NCBI GenBank assembly: GCA_000388065.2
Contig: KB932202.1
Length of the DNA: 19,482 bases
Direction: 5' to 3' (one strand)
DNA from: Fonticula alba ATCC 38817
Lineage: Eukaryota; Protista; Nucleariida
The notes beneath the pieces were generated by a model. The model was not told where the DNA came from. It was given only the letters and a program-made list of their open reading frames with translations, and searched no databases. Of the stretch, positions 18,601-19,482 are shown one piece after another. Numbering within the stretch: position 1 is the stretch's first letter; every line of letters starts with the position of its first letter. The position numbers and the translations under genes are program-made.

Positions 18601-18903
18601 AGCGGGTTCATCCCGCCGCTGTCGCCCCTGGCCATGGCGCCGTCCCCGGGCGGAGGGGCAGGCAGCCTCGCGGCGCACCTTCCCATGACATCGTCGCCGC
18701 TGGCCACCGCCGGGGCCATGGTCACGGGGCCGGCCGGCCGGCCGCACCTTTCGCCCCACAGCTGGCACCAGCACCAGCCCCACCACCAGCCCCACCACCA
18801 CCACCTCTCGGCCGCCAGCCCGAGCACCGGGCCCGTGCGGGACTCCGTCCTCGATGGCCTGGAGGAGCTCATGGCAGCCGGCTTCGCCTCGACCAGCGAC
18901 TGA
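12573..18903 (+). CDS. Gene B: class C-like (7tm_3-like) 7TM orphan GPCR with ~585-aa low-complexity C-tail; join(12573-12867,13073-13101,13251-13302,13441-13505,13760-13891,14075-14161,14293-14513,14602-14771,17315-18903), 879 aa
   Basis: The nine exons sum to 2640 nt as one open frame; all introns are GT..CAG. Seven hydrophobic segments. Cys at the top of TM3 (WICSLTLW) and in ECL2 (EGCFD). FFRMWKLYLIF and KYFNEYK resemble class C KTxRIyxIF and xFNEAK. Confidence 0.9.
13073..13101 (+). CDS. Gene B exon 2 (GGFFLNLATM)
   Basis: Branch CTGAC 12997, acceptor atgcag, donor GTATGT at 13102. Confidence 0.87.
13251..13302 (+). CDS. Gene B exon 3 (RAVGVVPYLGGWICSLT, ECL1 and TM3 Cys)
   Basis: Branch CTGAC 13183, acceptor gagcag, donor GTGCGT at 13303; 52 nt restores the frame between exons 2 and 4. 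Confidence 0.85.
13441..13505 (+). CDS. Gene B exon 4 (WLLVPLGNGAMMTGFFFRMWK)
   Basis: Branch CTGAC 13396, acceptor gcccag, donor GTGCGT at 13506. Confidence 0.9.
13760..13891 (+). CDS. Gene B exon 5 (LYLIFHYKRYSK…YGPVVV)
   Basis: Branch CTGAC 13716, acceptor ccgcag, donor GTGCGC at 13892. Confidence 0.9.
14075..14161 (+). CDS. Gene B exon 6 (NGTEGCFDH…FVLG)
   Basis: Acceptor ccacag, donor GTGCGC at 14162. Confidence 0.9.
14293..14513 (+). CDS. Gene B exon 7 (ICL3, TM6, TM7)
   Basis: Branch CTAAC 14239, acceptor tgccag, donor GTACGT at 14514. Confidence 0.92.
14602..14771 (+). CDS. Gene B exon 8 (IFHRERYLQRFLESFKLDIDS…EITTST)
   Basis: Branch CTGAC 14584, acceptor gcgcag, donor GTGCGT at 14772 (phase 1). 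Confidence 0.9.
15652..15679 (+). repeat. (GA)14 microsatellite in gene B last intron
   Basis: Read directly. Confidence 0.93.
17315..18903 (+). CDS. Gene B terminal exon (long disordered tail with His11, poly-Ala, poly-Gly)
   Basis: C-rich tract plus cacag; phase 1 matches. Continuous with track ORF 17320..18903, which has strong coding-like third-position bias. Confidence 0.85.
18328..18360 (+). repeat. Coding CAT(CAC)9CAT repeat encoding His11
   Basis: Read directly, in frame in gene B terminal exon. Confidence 0.93.
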
Positions 18904-19482
18904 GCGGCCCAGCGAGAGGGGCCAGTGCACTTGGAACTGGGGGCCGGCGCACCCCATCGACACACGCGCCGGGGCGGGTCTCGGCATGAGAGGCGGGGCC
19001 GGGGGGCGGGGGCCGAGCGGCTCTCCGGCCAGAGTGGTGCCAGGGGCAGGCGCTCCGGCCCGTGCGCCCGCGCAAGGCCCCCTCCTCCGGGCGGAACACC
19101 CGCAAGCGGGCACTTTCTTCACCCCCGCCGCCCCTGTCCCCGCCGCTCCTTTCTCGCCCTCCGGCGAAACAAACAAACACTTTTGCAAACGTGTGCCCCC
19201 CGTTCGCTGGCAAGTGTGCTGATGAGTGCAGGGACAGGGCAGGAGGGGCGGCTTTGATGGGAGCAAGACCAGCCTCATCGCGCGGAAGAGGCCCCCCTCC
19301 CGCGAGATGGGCTTCACATGGGGCCGGCATGAAACGGGCCCGGCGGCTGACGAGGGCCCATTGTGGGCCTTCTTTTCGGCGGCATTGGCCGGGCTGAAAT
19401 GGCAGGCTGGCCGAGGGCCTGGGCGGGGGGAGGCGGCGCAGGGAGGCGGCTCCGAGGCACCAGCACGGGGCCCCGGTTAAAC

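Noticed and set aside
14602-18903. Possible RGS domain after TM7, as in 7TM-RGS proteins
   Set aside because: After the short helix (IFxRExYLxxF…LD) the tails are low-complexity, with no ~120-aa helical RGS pattern visible in either gene.
1-19482. Transposons, CRISPR arrays, rRNA or prokaryotic operon structure
   Set aside because: No transposase or RT motifs, terminal repeats, regularly spaced repeat-spacer units or rRNA-like sequence were seen; the gene structure is spliceosomal and eukaryotic.

Overview
Very GC-rich (roughly 70% or more by eye), intron-rich eukaryotic scaffold with five N gaps (631-640, 1833-1842, 3892-3901, 6287-7073, 12129-12403). Most long ORFs in the supplied track are GC-shadow artefacts. 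Splicing by hand (donors GTRCG, acceptors CAG, many branch points CTGAC/CTAAC) gives two tandem + strand paralogous 7TM receptor genes. They have the class C GPCR (7tm_3-like) transmembrane signature but only a ~50-aa N-terminus, with no Venus-flytrap and no RGS domain seen. Gene B (12573-18903, 9 exons, 879 aa) is complete and has a ~585-aa disordered His/Ala/Pro/Gly-rich tail. Gene A (150-7180, ~359 aa) has the same intron positions and phases, but its exon 3 is not visible. In its place lie 3.3 kb and three 10-N gaps, plus an orphan terminal-type exon (2770-3221) sharing a SIEMS motif with gene B. This suggests a collapsed third paralog, so gene A as drawn may be a chimera. Both genes have a ~2-2.5 kb last intron that contains a candidate phase-1/phase-1 micro-exon. 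No RNA genes, transposons or CRISPR arrays are supported. The organism cannot be fixed from the sequence; a GC-rich protist such as a Fonticula-like opisthokont is only a guess.
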